In this document: one piece after another, positions 13,101-25,911 of the stretch
How the letters are laid out: each line of letters starts with the position of its first letter
How positions within the stretch are numbered: the first letter of the stretch is position 1
NCBI GenBank assembly: GCA_043228905.1
Contig: JBHGNT010000004.1
Span: forward strand, 24,366,001-24,430,000
Reading direction: 5' to 3'
DNA: 64,000 nt
Source: Azolla caroliniana
Lineage: Eukaryota > Plantae > Polypodiophyta
Program-made: the position numbers and the translations under genes
Notes under the pieces: generated by a model
The model's input: only the letters and a program-made list of their open reading frames with translations
Told to the model about the DNA's origin: nothing
Database searches by the model: none

Positions 13101-14583
13101 TAGAAATCCTTCTTATATCTCTCCAACATATTATAGTGTTTAATTCATAATGATTTCAATCTGAACATATCATGCGTGGAAACCCTTGTTGGTCTATGAT
13201 ATAGGATTATAAATGAATGGACTACAGTTAGTTTCAAGTAGCAGAGGTGCTCTGATGTATAGCTTTCTTTGCCATATCCTGACAGGTATTTGATCATGTC
13301 AGATGCAGCGTGCCAATTTTGAGCCCGATGTTTTTAGCTATGCTTCTCGATTGCGTGCCTTTGCTAAGGCTGGACGGGGTGAGGAAGCACAATATTTCTT
13401 CAAGACCATGATTGCTTCCGGAATCAAGTATGTGATTGAAAGTTTGAATTCTTTATCATCACCGTTTTCAGCTCTTGGATTGTGGAAAAGGAATTTGTCA
13501 AGCCGTTTTTTGGGGAACAAAAGTGTTATTTAAAACAGTTATTGTCATGGTGTTAAAGTGAAGAATTTGATGAATGGAACATTAGACCCATTTTTAAAAA
13601 CGTGAACCCATTGCCTGTCTCAAGGTTATAAAAGCATATGCTTTAACGCAACGCAATCACATTTATATATTTCTGTTTTGGCATTACAGTTTATATGCTT
13701 CAACACAAACTATCTTGTTTAAATTAAGTATTGAGCCATAGATTGTTTGGCGTTGATTGTATGCAGGCCAAACCGGACTGTATACAATGTGGTGATGGAC
13801 GCATATGCGAATTGCAAAATGGTGGACGAGGCTGAATCGCTACTCAAAGAAATGAAACGTGAAAGGTAATAAAACATTTTCTTCTTCCCGATTGACTTTT
13901 TATAAGTTTTTAAAAGGGTTTAGGCTCTTTTCATGATTCTTCTGAAATGGTTTAGGGTTTTCAATGCTCTTTAAGAGTGTTTTGCAAGGTTTTAGGGGTT
14001 TACAAGGCTTTGTGTGTTTTAAAGGAGAGTTATGATGCCTTTCTTGGTTTTCAAAAGGGTTAGAGATGCTTTTTGAAGTTCTTGAAAATATTTAGGATCA
14101 TTTTTTAAAGTTTTGGAGGATGGAGCTACGTGGTCCATAACCTAATGCTACTTGGTCAATTACAGATGCAGGCCAGATGTGCACACTTTCACTACTCTAA
14201 TGAATGGATATGTTAATGTATCAAACATGGAAAAAGCGGCGCGGGTTATAGAACGAATGAAAGTAGGGGGAGTTGAACCAAACCAGGTAACATATGGCAC
14301 TCTTATCAAAGGCTATGCTGAGCAAGGAGACCTAGATAACATGGTAAAGAAGTATGAGGAAATGCTTGCGCGTCAACTTAAACCTAACCAAACTATCTTT
14401 ACTATGATGGTTCAAGCATTCGGAAGACAACGGAGTTTTGATAGAGCCATTGCTTGCTTCAAAGATATGGTTGCATTAGGGCTTACACCAGATACCAGAG
14501 CTCGGAACACTTTGCTAGCCTTGCCAATGAGCTCAAACGAGAGGGAAGAGCTCTTAGGTCTTGTGGATAGTTTATCACAATGA
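10124..14583 (+). CDS. P-class pentatricopeptide repeat protein (resembles Arabidopsis At3g59040), 7 exons, ~537 aa
   Basis: Exons 10124-10161, 10311-10710, 11688-11978, 12067-12309, 13303-13427, 13767-13865, 14166-14583; total 1614 nt. Tandem 35-aa PPR motifs (YNLIIAAYGKMG, PNVASYTSLIEAYGR, PDVHTFTTLMNGY, PNQVTYGTLIKGY). ILEWLKQQNWWTFSE segment recalled from the At3g59040 family. No E/DYW domain. Confidence 0.9.
12410..13110 (-). mobile_element. LINE 3'-end remnant in PPR intron 4
   Basis: Antisense ORF 12497-12760 has a CCHC knuckle CKVC...EDECHLLFTC typical of LINE ORF2 C-termini. It is followed by a 3' motif shared with the 52 kb remnant and a short (ATTGTA) tail. Boundaries approximate. 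Confidence 0.75.
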
Positions 14584-14739
14584 GAAAGACATTGGGTAGA
14601 ATATCAGCTGAAAAAGTTAGCAATGTTCGTCACCTGTTTTTTTATTAGACTGCTCTCAAAAAGATTCATTATTTTCGTGGTTTGAACTTGAGTTGTATGC
14701 GATCGGCAAAATGGCACCAAACATATGCCCTCTTATTTG

Positions 14740-14995
14740 GAATTTATTCATATCTGGAATATATCAGAAATAAATTAATCTCAAATATTTTACAAGCATG
14801 ATAGTTTTAGTTGAAGTTTTAATTATGCGAAAGGCTTTAAACACAATCTTGAGTTCTCTTGGTTTGACCTCAATTTGTATGCAATGCCCTCTTATATAAT
14901 ATTGTTTGAGATTTATTCATATTTGGAATATATCAAAAGTAAATTATTCTCAAATATTTTACAAGCATAATAGTTGAATTCAAGTTTTAATTATG
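14740..14995. repeat. ~85-bp dispersed direct duplication 3' of the PPR gene
   Basis: atttattcatat.tggaatatatca...ctcaaatattttacaagcat at ~14742 and ~14911. Confidence 0.75.
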
Positions 14996-16267
14996 CTAAA
15001 CAAAGATTGTCTTTAAAGCCTTTGAAACATGAAAATGCAATCATCAAAATTCAACTCCAAATGGGAATTCTTCTAAATTATGTCTATCTTGCATCAAGAA
15101 GAGTGGATTATTGAAATAACAAAAACGTGCATCTTAAAAGAGATACTGATGCAGCTTCATTGCTGAGGATTTTTGGCAGAGATCACAAGTTCATGTGATG
15201 AATCCCTACATTAGTTTGAAAATGACATTGCATACTAGTAGAACTCGCACATGATGTAGGTTTTGCTCATTAGGGATCTTGGAGTTAGCCTATGCATGAG
15301 TTTGGTTGTAAATCAAGCTATATATATATATATCAGTGAAGAGACAAAAAGGTTAGTCTTTTGACATTTCAGATGCTGCCCACAAAAATCACTCGAGGCT
15401 AAAAACTCAAAAACATTCTTCAACATTTTGTTTTCCTGATTACTCGTACTCAACCTATAGCATTATTTTCCCTACCAAGAATATCGAATATATATATGTA
15501 TGTATGTATGTATTATGTGTATGTATATATCACAGGAGCAACTACCTTGTGCTGAAGAGGCATTGACACCTCATAAATGACCAAGAATAAAACAAGACAC
15601 AGATTCTTAATATCAAGTACAAGGTGAAAAGTAATGCCTATATACAACACATACAACAATTAAACATCCATGTCAGTCATCAGATATAACCACTTTGTTG
15701 TCCCTTGATTCAAGAGGTTGTATTCTTCGAAATCTTAAACTTGAAATAAGTAAATTTGTAAGCTCAAGTAGAAACGGTCTCCCTGTTTGTTATAAACCTG
15801 CACACTGGTAGTTACAAGCCTTCAGGTGTGAATGAAGACTTATAAGAAACATCAAGCTTGTTTCTATTTGAGATTTGAACCATCTCTGCCCTGATTGAGC
15901 AAATCACGTTTTTTAGGGTTTTATGTTATACTTCTTTTTACAAAACATCAGGCAACCCTGATAAAAACAGAGAAAAAGTCACAGTCATCTCAGTGTCCTC
16001 CAAACAATAAAGAACCAAAACATGGGTGATGAATAGTGAAAAGAATGAAGGGCGGCACCTAATATACATACCGACTTACCTGGCACATTATAGATGATTT
16101 TATGTACATTCACAATGATGTATCTAATGGTTTAGCACAATCTAATTACTGTATTATCTTGGCTAACAATTGTGAAGACTAAATCAACTAAATTGTCTCA
16201 GAATTGAAGAATTTTCTATTCGCCAACCAGTATACAAAATTTTCATTCTTGATTGTTTTTTTTACTC

Positions 16268-19200
16268 TCAATCTTCTGAAAACATAATCATCAAATCCCG
16301 ACATCGAGATTGTAAATCAACCACAAAATCTAACTGATCAGCAGCCTTTAGTAGTTTGCCTAGTTGTAAATGCAGCTTTTGCAGAGCAGATATGACCCCA
16401 CATTCATGTCTCAGCATATTGTGAATTTTTCGACTCAAATTGCTCAAGCTGTGAATTGCCATCAAAGCCTGCAATTTTAGGTTCACAACAAAAAAATTCA
16501 GATCTCCTTTTTTTCCTTTTTTGGCAGATGTGCTAGAAAAACAATATTGCGAAAGCAATACTAGAGAAAGGAATCCTCAGAAAACAATGAGATTTGTTTT
16601 GGAGACAGAATATTGTGAAAAAATCTTGCAAAACAGAGAGAATTTTGGGAAGATATCCCAACACAATCATGCAACATTAAAAAAAAATTCTGAATCTTTT
16701 CTTAACCTTTTCCTGAGTGTCAAGGTCTTCTGCTACCACCAGGCTCACAACAGACATAAGATAGCCTTTGCTGGGAGTGTACTTAGCAAGGACCCCGCCG
16801 ATCTCCTTCTGTTGTTCTGCCAAGTCAGCAACCAGGAAAAGAGACTTTCGGTGGATACGCACATCACTTCTTGCATTCTTCATCAAATTCTGCATTGAGC
16901 ATGAGTATTAGGGAAATTTCAAATGTACAACATTCCTCCCTCATAGCATTAAACCTATTAGCAATAGTATAAGAAATATCAAAATGTATCAAGTTTGCAT
17001 CAGGGATAATATCAAATTTTAACCTTAGTAGTTTGAGAAGTATGACTACATACCCTCCCTCACCAAAAAAAGCATAGTGTACCTTCTAAATATAGTTAAT
17101 AAAGATACGAAAGCAGAGGAAGACTAACAGAAAGCCAGATCAGCGTGTTAATCGACATTGCATTAATCGTTAAAAAACAGCACAATGAAATTCAGCCTAA
17201 TTGGACAAAGTCAACAATTTAATTACTTTTGCATACCTCCAATAACGACATTCCTCCTTGGACATAGAAGGTTTCTTGACCTAACGGATGACTCCGGATA
17301 ATCGCCGATACAGCATAAAGAGCTTTCACAGCCTCTTCTGCAGAGCTTGACTGGGCCATTTGCATTAGCTTTTGAAGGGCTCCAAGTTCAAGAAGCTAAA
17401 ACATAAGGATAGCATTGTAAATCAAATAGGAAATATTAAAAGTGCATTGACTACAAAATGCCAGAAGACGGATCTTTGAGACTTTAATACAGTGAGAATA
17501 TGTTATAAGTATATTAGAAGGATTGTGTAGTCATTTATACACATCAACACCCTTGATTTTGAACCAGCTCATGGACTATATTAAAAAGACTGTGGAGTGT
17601 GGAGTGTGATGATTGGTATCATAATCAATAACCTGATCTTGCAACAAGCGATTGTTTTGGCTTGATTTTCCCAGTATCCATGCTGACAGTACTCTCAATT
17701 CCTCTTCTGGTCTATCAAGTTCTTCAACTACTACTGAGAGGCCCCCTAGCTTATGTAAATCTGCAGTTGCACCAAAGGAAGCATTTTAAAACAAGTTCAC
17801 CAACATGTTCTACAGACTATCAACAGAGAACACCAGCTGAATAACTAATTTTAATTTTCTTGTGGCCATACCATTTGCATTATCAATGGGTTCCACCAGC
17901 TCCAAAAGCTCTTGCAATGCTCGCTGCCTATTTTTGTCTGGTGAAGAAGAGTTCTGAAGATCTGCAACCGCTATTTTCATCAGATCTGCATCTGATGGCA
18001 TTCTCAGTGAGTCCATAAGTTCCTGAGATCCATTTAGGAAAATACGTATAAACTATTAACTACTTTGACACAAATTGCTGAACTATCAGAAAGATGAACT
18101 GCATTTATTTGATATTGAACATCAACAACATTCCATATTCAATCAGGGTTTGATATCATCATTTTTCAACAGTACAACATGGCAATAATTACATGAAAAT
18201 GTTATCAACCATGTTCCCTTGCATTATTGCATTCAGTCCTTCTCCAAGCTTATGTTCCCTTGCATTATTACATTTAGTTCTTCCTCCAAGCTTAAACAAA
18301 GTAACTCCTATAAATAATGCTGTATAAAACTTTCTATGCCATTAATCACCTGAAGTCTGTCTATTTGGGGAATGTTCAGATCCTCTTTAGACTTTTCTTT
18401 CTTTCTTTTTAACTAACATCATATCACTTCAATTTTTATTTACATCAAAAATCCTATACCAAGTATCACTCAGTAGTTTTCATTTTTGCTTCCTATACCA
18501 GGTGTTTTGATAAGCTAAAGGTGCAATGAACAAAATCAAGTTCCAAACAGAATACTTGCAACCATTTAACTTAAATTTTAAACATTTCTCCACTAGCTGG
18601 GCTCTTTGTACTAGCATTATTTAACTTTCTACATTAGAACCAAACCCAAGTAATAGCGTGATACTTCTTTCTTACAGCTTTGAATCAACACAAAGGACAT
18701 AATCACGTACCTGGATTGCAGTCCGCCGAATCTCCATTTCAGAAGGGGCAAGGTTTTGAACATCTTGTGCCGCCTCTTTCAAGGTATCTGGATTTGAATG
18801 CCCTAAAACACATAATGTATAAAACATGTAAACGAAAGTTAAATGAAAAACAATGACAAGATTCGTGTAGTATTTTGAAATATTAAGCCTCGTTCAACAT
18901 GAACCTTCAATAATGATTCTATAAAGGCCAGTAATGAACGAGAATTTAGAATACTATATTTGCCTACAAACTAACATCCTTAAAATTTGTAATGCATATT
19001 CACAGTCCTTCTATGACATGAAAGAGCAATCACATGCAGTAACCCCTCATATCCAATTTCGAGTCCATCCTAATTCCCGAGTACAAATTACACAAAAAAA
19101 CTCATTTCGAGCATTTAATTCATCAACCAACGATGGCATCAAATTACGTGGGTGTTTTCCGAACATTTAGTTCGACCTAAATACAACTTACGAACTCAGT

Positions 19201-19622
19201 TACTCCTCAACATTTTCTTCATCCACGAGGAAGTTACACTACTCTCGGGACCATTTCTTCTGAACATTATTTAGTTCATCCAAAAAATTGAAGATGAATC
19301 TTTTTAGCTCGTCCTAAGAAAATAAGGAATAAGAGAGAAAATGAGAGAAATGAAAGGCGTAGGTGATACCGATGGCCCATTGCAGCATGGAATCGATGGA
19401 GCCAAAACCCCCCAGAGAATCGCGGCCTTCGATTATGTCGTCCGAATCATGCAAAGCTTGGAAGTTATCGACGGTGTTAGTGGGCCACGTGAGTGAGGAT
19501 CGATTGAATGGATGTTCTTCGTTTTCTTCTGCAAAGGAAAGGGCAAGAGGAAGAGAGAGAAACAGGAAATCGAAGGGAAGAAGAAGAAGAAAGAGGATGG
19601 CAAGGCGTGACAGAAGAGCCAT
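16268..19622 (-). CDS. SIL1: ER Hsp70/BiP nucleotide exchange factor, SIL1/Fes1-like ARM protein, 7 exons, ~388 aa
   Basis: Exons 19622-19370, 18802-18711, 18022-17872, 17760-17633, 17395-17237, 16889-16707, 16468-16268; total 1167 nt. Hydrophobic signal peptide MALLSRLAILFLLLLPF. Fes1-type motifs GGFGSIDSMLQWAIGHSNP and ALQELLELVEPIDNANDLHKLGGL. Confidence 0.87.
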
Positions 19623-19677
19623 CTCACTGATTCTCTGTGCCTCTACCCCTGCCTCTGCCCCTAGAGCTTGAAGAGGT

Positions 19678-19708
<31 letters not shown>

Positions 19709-19834
19709 ACAAGTTTGCACTATTTCGGTATATACCCCTCCTCGTTTTTCATTTATTCCTTCAAAATGCCCTCAAAAAGAGACCAATAAATGGAGGCCAC
19801 ATAATAATTGTTCGAATAATCGCACACATGTACA

Positions 19835-19917
19835 TTGTATGTATGTTTGTATGTATGTTTGTATGTGTGTGTGTGTGTGTGTGTATGTACTGTATGTGTG
19901 ATATATGTATGTATGTA

Positions 19918-19948
<31 letters not shown>

Positions 19949-20046
19949 ATTATGTACGTACGTATGTGTGTGTGTGTGTGTACTGTATGTGTGATGTATG
20001 TATGTGTGTGTGTGTGTGTGTGTGTGTATTATGTATGTATGTATGT
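19835..20046. repeat. Compound (TGTA)n/(TG)n microsatellite upstream of SIL1
   Basis: Directly visible. Confidence 0.95.
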
Positions 20047-20889
20047 AGTGAATTGCTTGAGAGAGGGAACTTGACATTGGGGCCATCTCTAGAAATAATG
20101 ATTGTTTACGAGCATTCTAAGAAACCGAAGAAAAAGAAATCAATTGCAGAGGGAGGAAGGTTGATTCCAAGAGAAACTTACGAGAAATGATGAATGTTTA
20201 GGATAATTTATGCAGATGAAGAAAATGAGCTTGATTTGAGAGATAATGAACACTTTGGCCCTTTACACGATAGATGAATAAAGTTGATTGCTCAAGACAG
20301 TGTTTGCATCAATGGCGTCTCGAGTAATAACAAATGCATACGATGAAGAAGTTCCCCATGTTGGAAAGGAGAAACTTGTAACATACATTCCATGCCCCAC
20401 ATGGTTTGCCTTTAGAAAGCATTCAAGCAAGTGTCAATGGAGTTTTTTTCCCCCTCACCAACTCCCCCCCACACTTGCGTTTTGTTGCCCCAGGGGATAG
20501 GGGGTCTGTGAAACAAAAAGAAACATATCACATAGAAAATTGATACAACAAAAGCCTTACAACACACCAAAAAAGCTCATCAGGATGGTGATACTAGGAC
20601 CTAGGACCAAGGAATGACAATACTATGCAAAGTATCACGTGGTGAAGATGCCCGAGATGTCTTCTTGCTCATTCAATCAAAAAGGGGGTATGTTGCCACG
20701 CCAAAGTCTATTTATTTATTTATTTAAAGAAGATGTCCTGTCATTAGTGTAACGTTTTACAATATTTTAAAACTCTATGTGATCTATGGGGGAAACAACC
20801 ATTTCAGAGGCTGAAAAAGCCAATAAAGAGTGTCATAATCAGATGTCATGAATGGAGCAGTTGTCCCAATGATAAGCACACCGAAGTCT

Positions 20890-21164
20890 TATGTATGTAT
20901 CTCTTGGACGAACCATCGATCTCTATACATACATAACATACGTAGGCATACATACATACACGAACCATCAATCTCTACACATACATAGGTACATAACATA
21001 CATACATACATACACGAACCATCGATCTCTATACATACATACACACATACAATACATAGGCATACATACACACATACAATGCATACATACATACGTACAT
21101 ACACGAACCATTGATCTCTATACATACATACACACATACAATACATAGGCATACATACATACAC
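20890..21164. repeat. Compound (CATA)n minisatellite with four ACGAACCATCGATCTCTA-like spacer units
   Basis: Spacer units at ~20908, 20959, 21013 and 21103, separated by CATA/CACA runs. Confidence 0.9.
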
Positions 21165-24100
21165 CGTGATGTCTAAATACCACCAAAATTTGAAGAGGGC
21201 AAGTGAGGGAATCACAGAGAGGGACGGTGCAGGTCACTCAGCCGAGGGCACATGCGATTTGCACCGTCCAATGTGGGGAAAAAAAACGTGCAAAGAAATC
21301 GTCACTTATTGGGGAGCCCGACTAGGAGCCCCGCTATCTGACAACCTTTGTGCCTAGGAGCCCGACTCTGTCAAAGGGAGCCCCGCTGCCTGACAACCTC
21401 TGTCACTAGGAGCCCGACTTTGTCAAAAGGAGCCCCGCTCATTATTAATGAGCACTTATTATAAAAACCTTGAATCACTCATTTTGAACCTATTTTGAAA
21501 AGAGAGTTTTAGGGTATTTGGAGGGAAGAATCAGAGAGGAGCACCACTTTCCACCAAAATCAGAGAGGCACAACACTTTCCGCCAGAATACGAGAGGAGC
21601 ACCACTTTCCGCTAGTGAGCACTTCCCAACCACCTACATTCGATCTGCAAAACGAAGGCAATAATAGGTATGTATTTTCATGGTTACTTTTATGTTTTAC
21701 ATCGTTTAGGGTTTCTTTTCATTTACATTTGATCACATGGTTCCATATTCTAACATGGTGAGAGACTTAGTTGTTCCATTTTTCAAATGTATCATATAAA
21801 TGCATTGTTATAATTTTAGCATCAATACGAAGAAATGTCGAGGAGGAGCCCAATAGTCTATTGTGACCCATTGAATAACCCACCGACGGTCAGCTTGAAG
21901 ACATTGGGTGATTTGGATTCGATTCAACAGATTTTGTAAGTATGGCCCAAGTATTGAATAATGGCATTTGTTATTGTAAGAGCTGCAACAAATGTGTGCA
22001 TTGGTGTAGGGTAAGGAGCAATGGCTCGGATTCGAAGATGTGGAGCTCCTTCGAAAACGTTGGCAAAATGGGCATGCCAGATTTTGGGCTTACCCATATA
22101 TTAACCGGATGAAATGTTATACTTTGTAACATAAAATATATGATATCGATGTATTATCAAGCTTTTTTGTAACAATGTTGTAAATCATTTTAGTACGTTG
22201 GAACCAAGGCTGCCAACCTTTTTTGCATATTGTAACCAAGGCAACTTGAATGATCGTGGCCTGTTGTAAATGGTTGATTTTGTAATATGGCATCTATACG
22301 TCTTGTGTATCTTCTTCTTGCCTCTTATTTGTAACATGGATGTAAAGCTTGTTTATATGAAATTGTTTGTATACATGCTGATGAGTTTTGATTTTGTTCA
22401 GAGGATGAAGTTTTGATTTTTCGGTTTTTGTATGCAATGGATTTTGTTTAGAGGATATGATTAATTGACAACATGAGTAATGCAATGGATTTACTTATGA
22501 TACACTCTTATGCCAATGGATTTACTTATGATCTACTTTGAGGGTGATGATCGACTTTTGTATAACTAAAACTAATGATGATGTATATGGATTTTGTAAT
22601 ATCAAAATCAATATTTGAATCTCATTTTGGTTGTATCTGACTCAAAGTGGAGTCAGATCTGTTTTATAGTTTTGTTTGGTGTTCTTTGATAGGAAAGCCC
22701 AATAACTTGTGCCTTCATATATTTGTCTTTATTAAACATTAAATTGAGTAAGATCTTGAGGAGTTTGAGATATCGGATTAAGCCTTCTATTTGATTATCA
22801 CTTTATTATACTTAGTCCATGATACATATTGTTAATATAGTCTCACAGGTTATCAATCTCTACGCATAAAAAATGTCACTAGATCTCCAATGACATTACA
22901 TTTCAAGTTTCAAATAAGGGTTAATGTTGAAAATTATGTTTGAAATCCTCAAAAATCATTATGTTCTGTGTATATATTTTTTACACAAGTTTGTATCTAT
23001 GAACTAAAACTACATATTGGGGCATCTTTATATGACACCTTTTTGCTCATTTTTTCTCACATTGTTATATTTCTTTGTGAAGCGAACATAAATCACAACT
23101 TTGTTATGTTATACATGTAGCTGCACTGAAAAGGCCATCATGGTAATATCTCAATGTTCTTATATGAATAGCCATTAATTTACTGTATGGATCTTGGGTG
23201 TGTTAAACCAAGGATTTTCTGTTCAATGCTCAAAAATGGTCACAATTCAATCTTATAGACAATCCTACAAGAATACTAACATATGAGTTCAATACATGCT
23301 AAACTTGTCATATTATCATGAGATATTGTAGTTGAGTAATGTTAAGAGAGAATGGAGTATAATAGAATCTATTCTTATTTTCCATTCAGCAATTAAACAT
23401 GTCATCATATATGTGATCCCTTGTGAAGTGGGTTTGCTATTTTGTAGTTAAAAATTGTGTGAAGGTAATTAATGTGCTTATATGCTCATCCTTCTTGGTG
23501 GGATTTGAGTATCATGCTTCCCTAGTACGACATCGTACTTATTGCATCCGATGAGCATGTGAGAATGATATTCACCATCCACAAGGTTTTCTATGCATAC
23601 CTTGTATATATTCAAAATTGGGTAGTATTATATTGATATTGGTACTCTAGAGGCATGTATGTATGGAAATTTATTTTTACACCCTAATAGGGAATCTTTC
23701 ATGTGGAATTGAAATGTTATAAGTGCCACTGTTTTTTGTACTCTTTAGTAGTTGTTTGCTATGTCTATTTAACCTTGGAAATTCCAAGTAGTGTCCAATG
23801 CTTCCTACAAGTTTGAAAATGTGAATGTGTTATTGTGTCATTTCTTCTTGTGTTGATTGATGATCCATAGGTAGTAGTATTCCATGGTAGAAAGTCAAAG
23901 AACCAAGAAAATGCCCAAATTATGAAAGCTAACTTTACATGGAACATGAGTGAGTTGCATACTATTGTGAATAGAGTGAACGAGTGAGTTTGAAAATGTG
24001 AATGCGTCATTTCTTCTTGTTTTGGCTCATGATCCATAGGTAGAGTATTCCATGGTATAAAGTCAAAGAATCAAGAAAAAGCCTAAATTACGAGAGTTAA

Positions 24101-24805
24101 CTTAACTTGGAACATGAGTGAGTTGCATATTAAAGTGACAATCAACATAGCCCAAATGGTAAGAGCTAATTTTACTCAAACAAAAGTGTTAAGGGCAGGA
24201 TACGGATTAGAAGGATCATAGGGTAAAAGATCTACAATTGCAAAAGACAAGAATTCATCATGTTGTAACTTGTAAAGACGACAATTCAATACCACTATTA
24301 CGACCCTTAAATGTAAATGAAGTGTAAAGTGACTAACTAAATGTTGAAACCCTAATAAAGAAAGTAATCGAAGAAGAAAAAAAACCAAAGAGAAAGAATT
24401 AAAAAGAAGAAGGATTTGAACCATAAACCTAGCAAAACTTAGGGATAACTCTAACCAATACCTTGTTCATTTTTATTTTATTAGATTGCTATATTATTAT
24501 TTATTACTTTTACTTTTTTGAGAGTCGGGCTCCTAGTGATAGAGGCTGTCAGATAGCGGGGCTCCTTTTGACAGAGTCGGGCTCCTAGTGACAGAGGTTG
24601 TACGATAGCGGGGCTCCTTATGATAGAGTCGGGCTCCTGGTGGCAGAGGTTGTCAGAGAGTCGGGCTCCTGGTGACAGACGTTGTCAGCTTTTTATCCAG
24701 ATTGGATGGTGGAGATCGCACGCGCCATCAATTGAGCGACCTGCACCGTCCGTGCCCGCGATTCCCTCACTTGCCCTCTTTAATTTTTGGTAGTAGTTAG
24801 TCACG
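21165..24805. mobile_element. Non-autonomous DNA transposon-like element with ~280-bp terminal inverted repeats
   Basis: 21165-21440 is the reverse complement of 24523-24805 (CGTGA...ACCAAAA...AAGAGGGCAAGTGAGGGAATC...GGACGGTGCAGGTC...). Both arms carry arrays of GGAGCCCGAC/GGAGCCCCGC subrepeats. The interior is AT-rich with no transposase ORF. Confidence 0.85.
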
Positions 24806-24807
24806 AG

Positions 24808-24955
24808 CAATACATAGGCATACATACATGATACATACATACACACACACATACATACATACATACATACATACATACATACATACATACATACATACAT
24901 ACATAGGCATATTACTATTCTCATACCTAAGAGAGAGAGAGAGAGAGAGAGAGAT
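24808..24955. repeat. (CATA)n and (GA)n microsatellites between the TIR element and the F-box gene leader
   Basis: Directly visible. Confidence 0.95.
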
Positions 24956-25911
24956 GCATACATACTGATACAGTCAGTCAGAGAGACCGGGAGTGCCCCT
25001 TGTCGTGCTAATTTCCTCTGCTGAACCTTCTGGAACGCTCCCATTCTTTCCTTTTCGCCTCTTCATCGATCAACAGGTGAGTAAATTCTTCTTCTCACAC
25101 CCAGAGGTTTCCATCAGGGTTTCTGTCTGTTCATTATATCTACAATAAATACGCACAGAACCATTGCATTATCTAATGTCAATTGCAAATGCTCCAATGG
25201 AAAGCTTTGAATTTCCAATCTATACAAACAGAATATTCAGATTTTTTACCTGTGCGCTTTTTGTGTTGTCCTTAACAGACGCATTTTGTTCTTAAGATCA
25301 AAGCATTTGTGAATTTTGAATGTTAAGCCAGAATTTGACTGAAGAAATCAGTCTGAACAGTATGTGGTGTATGGTTGGATTCACTTGATCAGAAAAGGGT
25401 ATATGAGAAGATCAAATGCAAGAGAGGATTAGTTCGTAAGAGAAGTTCAGGTGGTCTCTGAATCAATCAATTCAAAGATGTATATGCTGTATTATTAGAT
25501 TTACTTTACCAGAAAGGTTATATAAGAAAAGCACATGCAAGAAGGCGTTGCATCTCAATAGACGTTCGGGTGATATCTGGGTGTAAAAAAAATAAATCTG
25601 AGGAGGATACGGTTTATGATTATTAGCTGTTCTTTATCTGAAGAAGGTATATATAAAAGACGCGAAACATGGAAGAATTTGGTTAATATTCTGGATTATC
25701 AAAGTGTTGGTATTATTGAGAGGAATGCTGTTGCGTGAAGAAATTGCTGTTGTAAAGAAGTAAGGAACTCTCTGGAATAAATTCAGACCACTTTGTTTAT
25801 GGAACATTCGATAACGCATCCTTGTGATTATCACAACATCAATCGAATTAGTATTCCGACAAAGAGCCATTGGGGGAACATTCTTTTTGTGTTCCTAGGA
25901 CTATTATTCTC

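Noticed and set aside
19772-21215. ORFs rich in VC/MY/HT dipeptides
   Set aside because: They are translations of (TG)n and (TGTA)n microsatellites.
21310-21440. Regularly spaced short repeats resembling a CRISPR array (also 24523-24690 and 36185-36480)
   Set aside because: The spacers are themselves repeated, there are no cas genes, and the context is eukaryotic. These are TIR subrepeats and minisatellites.
21166-25044. Similar peptides in ORFs 21166-21357 (+) and 24685-25044 (-) as paralogous small genes
   Set aside because: The similarity is explained by the DNA inverted repeat.
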